Shown piece by piece: positions 16,932 through 24,000 of a DNA stretch of 24,000 nucleotides (its first letter is position 1; each line of letters begins with the position of its first letter). The DNA lies in the NCBI GenBank assembly GCA_016866935.1, contig VGKS01000007.1, forward strand, positions 9,020 to 33,019, written 5' to 3'. Source of the stretch: Candidatus Pacearchaeota archaeon. GTDB taxonomy: Archaea; Nanobdellota; Nanobdellia; Pacearchaeales; GW2011-AR1. The notes beneath the pieces are model-generated. The model saw only the letters and a program-made list of their open reading frames with translations. It did no database searches and was not told the origin of the DNA. The position numbers were made by a program, and so were the translations under genes.

Positions 16932-18299
16932 CTACTTCTTAATCAGCTTATCAAGTAACTTACGAACGATATTAGAATCTGCTCTTCTATTAGTAGCCCT
17001 CATAACTTCCCCAATTAAATAGTTAAAAGATTTAACATCTCCATTAATATAATCAATTACAACTTTTTCATGCTCTTTTAGAATCTTTTTAATAATCGGC
17101 TCAAGTTCTTTCTCACTTTCAATCTTTCCTTCCGTCTTAGAAGGGTCAAAACTCTGTGGAACAAATTTATTAAGTATTTGTTTAGCTTGTAATTCAGTTA
17201 TTTTCTTATCTTTAACCATATGCAATAATTTAGTAAAATGTTCAACACTAATAGAAACATCATTTAATTTCTTATTATTATAATTCAAAACACGCAACAA
17301 TTCAACAGTTATCCAAGGTAGAGCAAATTTTCCATCTATTTTATCTCCTACTTTTTCAAAAAACTCCACTATATCAACATCTCTAGCTAAAATTGCGGCA
17401 TTCTTCGCATCTATTTTATATTTTTTAATCAGTTTTTCAAGTTTAACGCTAGGCAATTCAGGAATTAATTTTCTTTGATTATCTATAAAATTCTTATTCA
17501 ATTCAACAGACATTAAATCAGGATCTTCAATAAACCTATAATCATCTTCTTTTTCCTTGCTTCTCATCCTCATTGTAATGCCCTTCGATTCATCGTATCT
17601 TCGAGTCTCGCGAATACTGCCCTCTTTAGATTGACGTTCAAACTCGTAGATAATAGCAGCTTTCATTGCATCAATTGAAGTAATATTCTTTACTTCTACT
17701 CTTTCAGTCTTTTGTTTACCGCTATCATCAATAAGTGAAACATTAACGTCAGCTTTGACTCCAGCATTAGAATCAACAGCCTTAAGATAATTCAAAGCAT
17801 GAACGAGTTTATTTACCCAATGATAAACCTCATCTGCAGATTTAAATTCAGGAGCAGTTACTATCTCTACAAGAGGGAGTCCCGATCTATTGTAATCAGT
17901 CTCTCCAGTTTTAGGGTCCCAAGCAGCAGGATCTTCTTCAAGATGCATACTTTCAATATTTATATTCTCAAACTTACCATTTATTCCAAGAGGAACAGCA
18001 TGGGCTCCACTCATAGTATTTTGATATCCCTTAGGTAAATCGGGCCAATCATAATGTTTTCTCATCCATGGCAAATTACTATTAACTTTGCATCCAAGCA
18101 TAGAAGCAATCTGCACCGCTTTCTCAACAGCGTTCAAGTTAGGACTCATAGGCTTTGCTCCAGGCTGCCCAGTACAAGTAGGACAAATATTTATGTTAGA
18201 CTCGAGTCCTCTTTCACGAGAAGCTTTACAGCGACAGAAAAGTTTTTCATTAGTCAAAAGATAAGCGTGTATCTCAAGCCCGCATTTCAGTTTAACCAT
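16932..18299 (-). CDS. gatB: Aspartyl/glutamyl-tRNA amidotransferase subunit B
   Basis: GLEIHAYL, the four-Cys cluster LFCRC...CPTCTGQPG, MHLEEDPA, NRSGLPLVEIVT, and the YqeY-like tail NYLIGEVMRATNRRAD are present. Confidence 0.9.
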   Translation of the reverse strand: MVKLKCGLEIHAYLLTNEKLFCRCKASRERGLESNINICPTCTGQPGAKPMSPNLNAVEKAVQIASMLGCKVNSNLPWMRKHYDWPDLPKGYQNTMSGAHAVPLGINGKFENINIESMHLEEDPAAWDPKTGETDYNRSGLPLVEIVTAPEFKSADEVYHWVNKLVHALNYLKAVDSNAGVKADVNVSLIDDSGKQKTERVEVKNITSIDAMKAAIIYEFERQSKEGSIRETRRYDESKGITMRMRSKEKEDDYRFIEDPDLMSVELNKNFIDNQRKLIPELPSVKLEKLIKKYKIDAKNAAILARDVDIVEFFEKVGDKIDGKFALPWITVELLRVLNYNNKKLNDVSISVEHFTKLLHMVKDKKITELQAKQILNKFVPQSFDPSKTEGKIESEKELEPIIKKILKEHEKVVIDYINGDVKSFNYLIGEVMRATNRRADSNIVRKLLDKLIKK

Positions 18300-18320
18300 A
18301 TTTAGAATAAAAAACTAGAA

Positions 18321-18328
18321 TATATTAA
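18321..18328 (-). promoter_or_regulatory. TATA-like box upstream of gatB (sense TTAATATA)
   Basis: The centre is 25.5 nt upstream of ATG 18299. Confidence 0.35.
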
Positions 18329-18329
18329 T

Positions 18330-19022
18330 CTAATTACCACCAAGTCTTCTCTTTCTTTTAGAGTAATCTTCTATAGCATTCCTCAATTCATTAACATTAA
18401 AGTCCGGAAAATGCATATCTGCAAAATAAAACTCGCTATAAACTGATTGAAATGGCATAAAACCACTTAATCTTTTTTCTCCAGACGTTCTAATTATTAA
18501 ATCAGGATCAGGAATTCCAGAAGTATCTAAATAGCTCTTAAAATCATCTTCACTAATAGATGATTGTCCTGACTTCAATATTTTATTAATACTCCTTAAT
18601 ATCTCATCCCTTCCACCATAATCCATACAAATTATTGCTGTAAAGTCTTTAAACTTTGAAGTCTCACTTTCAAGCAATCTCAAACCATCAATAACTTTCT
18701 TAGGAAGTCTATCCTTTCTACCAAGATGAACAACTTTAATCTTATTTCTTAGTGAACCCTGTAATATGTTGTCTATATTATTAACAAAATGGTCAAACAA
18801 AAAATTTATTTCATTTTTAGGTCTTTTCCAGTTTTCAGTAGAAAAAAACCATAAACTAACATACTTAATACCTAATTTTTTAGCCTCAAGAAGCAAATTT
18901 TCAATATGATTATAATCGACTTTTGAATATCCTTTAACTACTTCTAGTCCTTTAGATTTAGCCCATCTTCTATTCCCGTCTGGAATAATTCCTACATGCA
19001 ATGGAATATTTTTATCTACCAT
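18330..19022 (-). CDS. uppS: cis-Prenyltransferase (undecaprenyl-diphosphate synthase family)
   Basis: GIIPDGNRRWA, SLWFFSTENWKRP, IRTSGEKRLSGFMPFQSVYSEFYF. Confidence 0.9.
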   Translation of the reverse strand: MVDKNIPLHVGIIPDGNRRWAKSKGLEVVKGYSKVDYNHIENLLLEAKKLGIKYVSLWFFSTENWKRPKNEINFLFDHFVNNIDNILQGSLRNKIKVVHLGRKDRLPKKVIDGLRLLESETSKFKDFTAIICMDYGGRDEILRSINKILKSGQSSISEDDFKSYLDTSGIPDPDLIIRTSGEKRLSGFMPFQSVYSEFYFADMHFPDFNVNELRNAIEDYSKRKRRLGGN

Positions 19023-19046
19023 TAAAGTACCTTAAGAGTTTAGTTT

Positions 19047-20093
19047 TTAAACTCTATTCTGTAGCTCCTTTCTAAATTTATCAATATCAAGAGTATTAAT
19101 TCTTGCTCCTACTGCGTCTTTGTGTCCCCCGCCTGTTGCTCCATCTAGTATAGGCAATATTTCTGCAAGAATTTTCTTTACATTATTTCCCCTCATAGAA
19201 ACGTTAGTTATTGGACCAGAGCTATAACAAACACAGATGTAGCTCTTAGGAAATAAATAAGATAATTCGTTAGAAAGATCAGAACTTATGCTAAGTTGGC
19301 CACTGTAATTGTAAAATATTAGTTTTTCTTCTCCATTTTTCTTTGCATCATCAAGCAAAGCAGAATATTTCTTAGATATTTCATTATATTTTAAAGCAAA
19401 GGCACTACCACTTTCAAGACCGTTTTCAACATCATAAGGGCTTTCACAATTAATTAAAAAATTCTGCAATTCTACAACATGACTTATTGAGTCTTTCAAA
19501 CCAAAACTCATAGCTCTTGCCAGTCTACCTATTCCAGTAGAATAAAGGGCTTCAAATGGCTTTTTAACATTTTTACCCCATAAATTAGAATAATGTTCTA
19601 AAAAATTATTAATTATTTTTTTAGAAGGTAAGTAATGGTCTGCTATACATCCAATCATTACAAACCATATATCTTCAGGTCTTTTAGTTGCACTATAGCA
19701 AAGATATGTTGTAGGTTCACTGGTTTTACGTTTGTTTTTCATAGGATTATATCTATGCAACATAGAATAATCAAAATCTTCGTTTGAGACATCATGATGA
19801 TCTATCCAAACTATAGGAATCTGAAGCATCTCAATCTCTTTAACAAAATCTCTTCCCAAAGAATGTCTATCAAGAACAAAAACATAATCTCCTCCAAGTT
19901 CTTGGACTCTTTTAGCATAATTTACATCTATATTTGGATGAGACTTTACAGCAACACCTTTACCGCGACCAGTGAATTTTCTAAGTAATATATAGCTAGA
20001 AAGACCGTCAACATCATTATCATAAAGAAAAACAGGATTTTGAGACTTGTCAAGATGCTCGCGTATTTCGGATAACTGTTTCTTAGATAACAT
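19047..20093 (-). CDS. DHH/DHHA1-family phosphoesterase (RecJ-like)
   Basis: DNDVDGLSS (motif I), FVLDRH, WIDHHD (DHH motif) and GGGHKDAVGA (DHHA1 GGGH) are present. Confidence 0.8.
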   Translation of the reverse strand: MLSKKQLSEIREHLDKSQNPVFLYDNDVDGLSSYILLRKFTGRGKGVAVKSHPNIDVNYAKRVQELGGDYVFVLDRHSLGRDFVKEIEMLQIPIVWIDHHDVSNEDFDYSMLHRYNPMKNKRKTSEPTTYLCYSATKRPEDIWFVMIGCIADHYLPSKKIINNFLEHYSNLWGKNVKKPFEALYSTGIGRLARAMSFGLKDSISHVVELQNFLINCESPYDVENGLESGSAFALKYNEISKKYSALLDDAKKNGEEKLIFYNYSGQLSISSDLSNELSYLFPKSYICVCYSSGPITNVSMRGNNVKKILAEILPILDGATGGGHKDAVGARINTLDIDKFRKELQNRV

Positions 20094-20127
20094 AATAATG
20101 AAGATAAAAATGACTTTTTAATCCTTC

Positions 20128-22542
20128 TCAATAAGCATAGTAAACCTGTTCTTCATTAGGCAACTCAACATAATTAATGTCGCTTAAGTCACTAATTGCA
20201 TTGGCCTTAATCATCAAATTAGATATTGTGTATAACGAATCATCCATAAACAAAGACCTTGAAACATACCCTTGAGAGTTGTAATACTCACGATCCATCT
20301 CAGTCTTACTTTCCTTCTTTAAGTCATGAGCTATTTTTCCCTTCAAACTTACATCTTTATCAGTTATTGTAAAAGCAAAAGCTCCTTGCCAATATTGCCA
20401 ATTATTTCCTATAGTTTCAGAGTAAGTTACAGGAATAACTAATAAATCTCGTTCATCATCAAACAATACTGCTTTATGCTCATATTCTGCTTCAGAATAA
20501 GACCATTCACTTTCAACAACATATTTGTCAAGTTCTGTAGGATTTGCAAAGTCAGAAACATCAAACAAAGATATCTTTAGTCCTTGTCCTCTTCCGCTAT
20601 CATCTGCTTCTCTACCAATTCCAAGTAACAAATCATCTCCAATAGGATGTAAGTAATTTGAAAATCCAGTTACTTTTAACCATCCAAGTACTTCAGGAGA
20701 TCTTGGATTAGATAAATCAATAACATAAAGAGGATCAACTTGCCTAAATGTAACCATATAAGCTTTGTCACCGATAAAACGAGCAGAATAAATTCTTTCA
20801 CCTTGTGCAAGACCCTCAACACTTCCAATTATCTCTAAATCTTTATTCAAAATGTAAAGATTGTTGAAAGTATTTTGAAAGTTACCAAAACTATTTCCAG
20901 ATGATGTAGCAACCCTAAAGTTTCTATCATATTCATCTAATGAAAACTGATTAAGAACATATCCTGGAACCTCTCCGCTTGCAGTATAATCTATATCAAG
21001 ACCATCAACATCTATTCTATGAATAATAGTCTTTTCATATTCCTTGGCAACTCCTTCATAATATTTTTCATTGACTTCTATAAGTCTTTTCTCAAATTGT
21101 AATTTTTCATCTTTACTTAATGAATTAAAATATTCCTGAACAATCAAAGCAATTCTTTCTGATTTTATGTAGTATTCATCATTTGAATCAAGAACTTCTT
21201 CTGCACGAGAATTATAACTTCCAGGTAAAACTTCTAAAATAACTCCCAAGGAACCTTCTTGTACTTTAGAATAATCATAAGTCTTACTGCTAGTCAAATA
21301 AATAGCATTGTCAGAAACGTAAATTGTGCTGGAACTTCCAAGCAAGAAAACATCTCCTTTATACTCAAGACTATCAAGATCAATAGCCATTACTGAAGTA
21401 AATATCAAGTTAGAATCATAGTATCCTGGGTGATAGATTCTATCAGCAGCAACACTTTCAACATTATCTCCTACTTTAAAGTAAGGCACAATAGGACCAG
21501 AATAATCTATGTATTTGTTAGCAATTACATAAACATATCCGTCAATAAGTCTTGCGGTGTGATAACTTCCATCAATAACAAATGTTTCAACTTTCTTAGC
21601 TTCGGACTCTAAATCAGAAACATCATAAACATGTATCCTTACTTCATTTCTGTAAGATTCAGGGGCCCTTATAGTATCTGCAACTTTTTCGGTTGTAACA
21701 AGTTCTGCATCACCATATATTGAATAACTATAAGAAGATTCTATAACTACAAGTTTACCCTCTGATAAAAATATCCCATTAACATAATTATCAAATTCTA
21801 AGTCTCCAATAATTTTCATTGAATCAGCAGGATAAGCTTCTACAATTATAACTTTATTCTGGTTTATAGTATATATGTATTTACCATCATTCTTGACTAT
21901 ATCTGCTTCATCAACCCCTACAACTTGTATATTTGTTGTAGAATAATCAGAAGAACCTCCTGTTCCAGTTCCAATAGATGATTTTGTTCCAGCTTCAGAA
22001 GGAGCCCCAGAATCAGAAGATACTGCAGATTCTTGGGTATCAGTTCTACCAAATAATCCATACGAATTTGTCTGACTAGAGATGGATTTCTGTATATACT
22101 CATTCAATTCTTCAAAAGAATCAAACTGCTCTAATTCACCCGATCCAGAGTATAGATTTTGGTTAGAGTCGTTATCAATAAATAATGAAATTGAAAGAAT
22201 AGCTAATACTCCTGCTACCAAAAAGAAAGGTAAAACCTTTGAGAACATCCTTTTAGGAGAGATAACTATCTTTTTATTTGCCACCTTATAGACAGGAGTC
22301 TTTTTCCCCTTAACACTCCAAAAGAAGTTAGATGATTTTTCAACAAGACCTGCTTTAATTAACTTTTCCAGATTATACCCTGTAGTATTAAGCGGGATTC
22401 CAAGTTTAGAAGATATATCACTAGCAGTTAATTCTTCATTTGATAATAAATCTAAAATTTTGACACAGGTTTTATTGGACAAAGCTTCAGCTACTAATCC
22501 TGTTCTAGGATCCCCTAAATCGATACTTATACTTTTATCCAT
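20128..22542 (-). CDS. Membrane-anchored fusion protein: N-terminal ArsR-type wHTH, one TM helix, Ser/Gly/Thr linker, and an extracytoplasmic beta-propeller domain (PF09826-like)
   Basis: The wHTH is LSNKTCVKILDLLSNEELTASDISSKLGIPLNTTGYNLEKLIKAGLVE. The TM helix is VLPFFLVAGVLAILSISLFI. The propeller starts at TNIQVVGVDEADIVKNDGKYIYTI. The tracked start at 22551 is GTG. ATG 22542 has TTTAAATA centred 25.5 nt upstream. Confidence 0.8.
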   Translation of the reverse strand: MDKSISIDLGDPRTGLVAEALSNKTCVKILDLLSNEELTASDISSKLGIPLNTTGYNLEKLIKAGLVEKSSNFFWSVKGKKTPVYKVANKKIVISPKRMFSKVLPFFLVAGVLAILSISLFIDNDSNQNLYSGSGELEQFDSFEELNEYIQKSISSQTNSYGLFGRTDTQESAVSSDSGAPSEAGTKSSIGTGTGGSSDYSTTNIQVVGVDEADIVKNDGKYIYTINQNKVIIVEAYPADSMKIIGDLEFDNYVNGIFLSEGKLVVIESSYSYSIYGDAELVTTEKVADTIRAPESYRNEVRIHVYDVSDLESEAKKVETFVIDGSYHTARLIDGYVYVIANKYIDYSGPIVPYFKVGDNVESVAADRIYHPGYYDSNLIFTSVMAIDLDSLEYKGDVFLLGSSSTIYVSDNAIYLTSSKTYDYSKVQEGSLGVILEVLPGSYNSRAEEVLDSNDEYYIKSERIALIVQEYFNSLSKDEKLQFEKRLIEVNEKYYEGVAKEYEKTIIHRIDVDGLDIDYTASGEVPGYVLNQFSLDEYDRNFRVATSSGNSFGNFQNTFNNLYILNKDLEIIGSVEGLAQGERIYSARFIGDKAYMVTFRQVDPLYVIDLSNPRSPEVLGWLKVTGFSNYLHPIGDDLLLGIGREADDSGRGQGLKISLFDVSDFANPTELDKYVVESEWSYSEAEYEHKAVLFDDERDLLVIPVTYSETIGNNWQYWQGAFAFTITDKDVSLKGKIAHDLKKESKTEMDREYYNSQGYVSRSLFMDDSLYTISNLMIKANAISDLSDINYVELPNEEQVYYAY

Positions 22543-22563
22543 GGAAAACACAGATTTTTTTAA

Positions 22564-22571
22564 TATTTAAA
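22564..22571 (-). promoter_or_regulatory. TATA box TTTAAATA upstream of the wHTH-propeller gene
   Basis: The centre is 25.5 nt upstream of ATG 22542. Confidence 0.4.
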
Positions 22572-22624
22572 CCCAATTTAAACTTCAATTTCATTTGAAC
22601 AATATTCAAAATATTATAAAAATC

Positions 22625-22632
22625 TTTAAATA
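22625..22632 (+). promoter_or_regulatory. TATA box TTTAAATA upstream of the 65-aa membrane-protein gene
   Basis: The centre is 25.5 nt upstream of ATG 22654. It is the same octamer as the divergent gene's box. Confidence 0.4.
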
Positions 22633-22653
22633 CCTATAAAGTTACGACAAATC

Positions 22654-22851
22654 ATGAATAAATGGTCCGAACTTCTTGTTGGTCTTATTTTGGTAGTAGG
22701 CGCAATCCTTGTTGCATATTATTCCCAAAACTGGGGAGCATGGAATTTCTGGGACGCTGCAGGACAGTTCTTTAAAGGAGGATTGTTCTGGCTAGTAACA
22801 ATGATTGGCGTTCTTTTCATCCTTCTCGGAATATCAGATTTGAAGAACTAA
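22654..22851 (+). CDS. Small two-TM membrane protein, hypothetical
   Basis: 65 aa with two hydrophobic helices (LLVGLILVVGAILVAYY and LFWLVTMIGVLFILLGI) and a Trp-rich loop. It has its own TATA-like box. Confidence 0.5.
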   Translation: MNKWSELLVGLILVVGAILVAYYSQNWGAWNFWDAAGQFFKGGLFWLVTMIGVLFILLGISDLKN

Positions 22852-22892
22852 TAAAAAGTAATATTTAATAACAAAACCCTAGTCTTGTAAGT

Positions 22893-23153
22893 ATGAATTC
22901 TAAAAAAAGAGGTAAGTTAAGGCTAGAAGAAGAAACAGCAATGCTTGCAAATGAAAGAACTCTTTTATCTTATGTAAGAACAACATTTTCGGCACTAATT
23001 CTAGGTTTTGCTTTAATACAATTTTCTACTCAAAGCAGCCCAATGGCTAAAGTAGGAATAGCTACAATTATAGGAGGATTTATTTTAGGGATAATAGGGT
23101 TAATTGAGTACAATATCTATAAAAGAAGAATACATCTAGAAGCTGAAGAATAA
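22893..23153 (+). CDS. DUF202 (YidH-like) membrane protein
   Basis: LANERTLLSYVRT matches the DUF202 N-terminal motif (NERTxLAWxRT), followed by two TM helices. Confidence 0.65.
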   Translation: MNSKKRGKLRLEEETAMLANERTLLSYVRTTFSALILGFALIQFSTQSSPMAKVGIATIIGGFILGIIGLIEYNIYKRRIHLEAEE

Positions 23154-23158
23154 TAATT

Positions 23159-23166
23159 TCTATAAA
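23159..23166 (+). promoter_or_regulatory. TATA-like box (TCTATAAA) upstream of the Nre-family gene
   Basis: The centre is 25.5 nt upstream of GTG 23188. Confidence 0.35.
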
Positions 23167-23187
23167 CTTAACAAAACAGAATTTTAA

Positions 23188-24000
23188 GTGATTTGTAAAA
23201 CATGTGGTGAAGAAGACTGTGATAAGCACAATTTCTTTGTAGGCAGACCTGTAAAGATTCAGAATTTTTCTGGTTCTACACCTCCAGAAATATTTGTAGG
23301 AAAATGGAATTATCCAAATGTCTATACAGGAATATTAGCTCCTCAAGAAATAGGAGATACAACTATAATGTCTTCTCCAGAAGAATGGCACAAAAATGAC
23401 CTCTCAATATCTCAAATAACAAAATATAGAAATCAATTAATTTATGGAAGAACTCAAAGCAATATAAAAAAACTAGAAACGCGATTCCTGGGGGTAATGA
23501 AAGAAGTCGCAATGACCTATAAATCAGTTGCAACAGAATTTCATCTCAAAAAGCCAGTTACTGCAAATAAAGAACAAGATGACAGAAGCCCATTAATCCA
23601 GAAAGCAGCTGAAATAGAAAAAGCAAATCTTCAGGAAAATGCTCCAGTAAAACCAAAAGTAGATTATCTTGTAAATGACAAAGAAACAAAATCAGCAACA
23701 GCAATTCAGGAATTACACAAATCAAATACAGAAACTTCAACTATAATTAAAATACTTTCAGCAGGACTTCTAGGTCTAAAAAAGAATAGAAAATTAGTTC
23801 CGACAAGATGGTCAATAACAGCAGTTGACGATACTATTTCAAAGAACAAATTAGAAAGAATAAAACAATACCAAGAGATAAGTGAATATCTGGTTTTCAC
23901 AGCGGAATACTTAGGAAACCATTACGAATTTCTACTTATACCTGACTCTTTCTCATTTGAAGTCATAGAAATATCAATAAAAAACCCTTTTAGTCAAGCA
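23188..24000 (+). CDS. nreA: Archaeal Nre-family DNA repair protein, N-terminal 271 codons (continues past the window end)
   Basis: This ORF is not in the supplied track. It is open from GTG 23188 (an in-frame TAA lies immediately upstream) to base 24000. The translation is V-ICKTCGEEDCDKHNFFVGRP...PPEIFVGKWNYPNVYTGILAP...LVPTRWSITAVDD..., which matches the Cys cluster plus the FVGxxxYPNV and PTRWSITA hallmarks of Nre. Confidence 0.75.
   Translation, partial: MICKTCGEEDCDKHNFFVGRPVKIQNFSGSTPPEIFVGKWNYPNVYTGILAPQEIGDTTIMSSPEEWHKNDLSISQITKYRNQLIYGRTQSNIKKLETRFLGVMKEVAMTYKSVATEFHLKKPVTANKEQDDRSPLIQKAAEIEKANLQENAPVKPKVDYLVNDKETKSATAIQELHKSNTETSTIIKILSAGLLGLKKNRKLVPTRWSITAVDDTISKNKLERIKQYQEISEYLVFTAEYLGNHYEFLLIPDSFSFEVIEISIKNPFSQA

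Noticed and set aside
9228-18299. Possibility that gatE and gatB are a recent duplication or repeat.
   Set aside because: They are ancient paralogues with distinct hallmark motifs and no nucleotide-level repeat that I could see.
1-24000. I looked for CRISPR arrays, long direct or inverted repeats, IS elements, transposases, integrases, phage genes, restriction-modification or other defence hallmarks, and GC-rich islands that could mark structured ncRNAs.
   Set aside because: None was found. The only GC-rich structured segment is tRNA-Arg, and the intergenic regions are short and A/T-rich. The only defence-related family member is the solitary AbiEii-like ORF, reported above.

Overview
This is an AT-rich window (my spot counts give roughly 28-38 % GC) from an archaeal genome. 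DHS, GatDE, an archaeal-type ProRS, Nre and FtsZ indicate archaea. The Lys-rich, domain-reduced proteins suggest a small-genome DPANN-like lineage, but that is inference. The window is mostly housekeeping: 25 CDS (two run off the window edges), one gene relic and one tRNA. I found no CRISPR array, transposase, integrase or recognisable defence island. The main theme is aminoacyl-tRNA synthesis: aspS, gatC, gatA, gatB, gatD, gatE, proS and tRNA-Arg(UCG) lie within about 15 kb, nearly all on the minus strand. Four things deserve a second look. (1) An orphan AbiEii/MenT-like (DUF1814-type) nucleotidyltransferase sits between gatD and gatE. (2) An Arg-rich, Lys-poor 145-aa orphan lies between aspS and gatE. 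(3) A bacterial-type AspRS lacks its GAD insertion, and the GatE lacks the homologous AspRS-like insertion. (4) A start-less N-terminal relic of the universal t6A gene sua5/tsaC is present. A TATA-like A/T box also sits 24-27 nt upstream of nearly every start codon, implying leaderless transcripts. One such box is exactly central in the 50-nt proS/aminopeptidase divergent spacer. All family calls come from motif recognition by eye; no searches were run.
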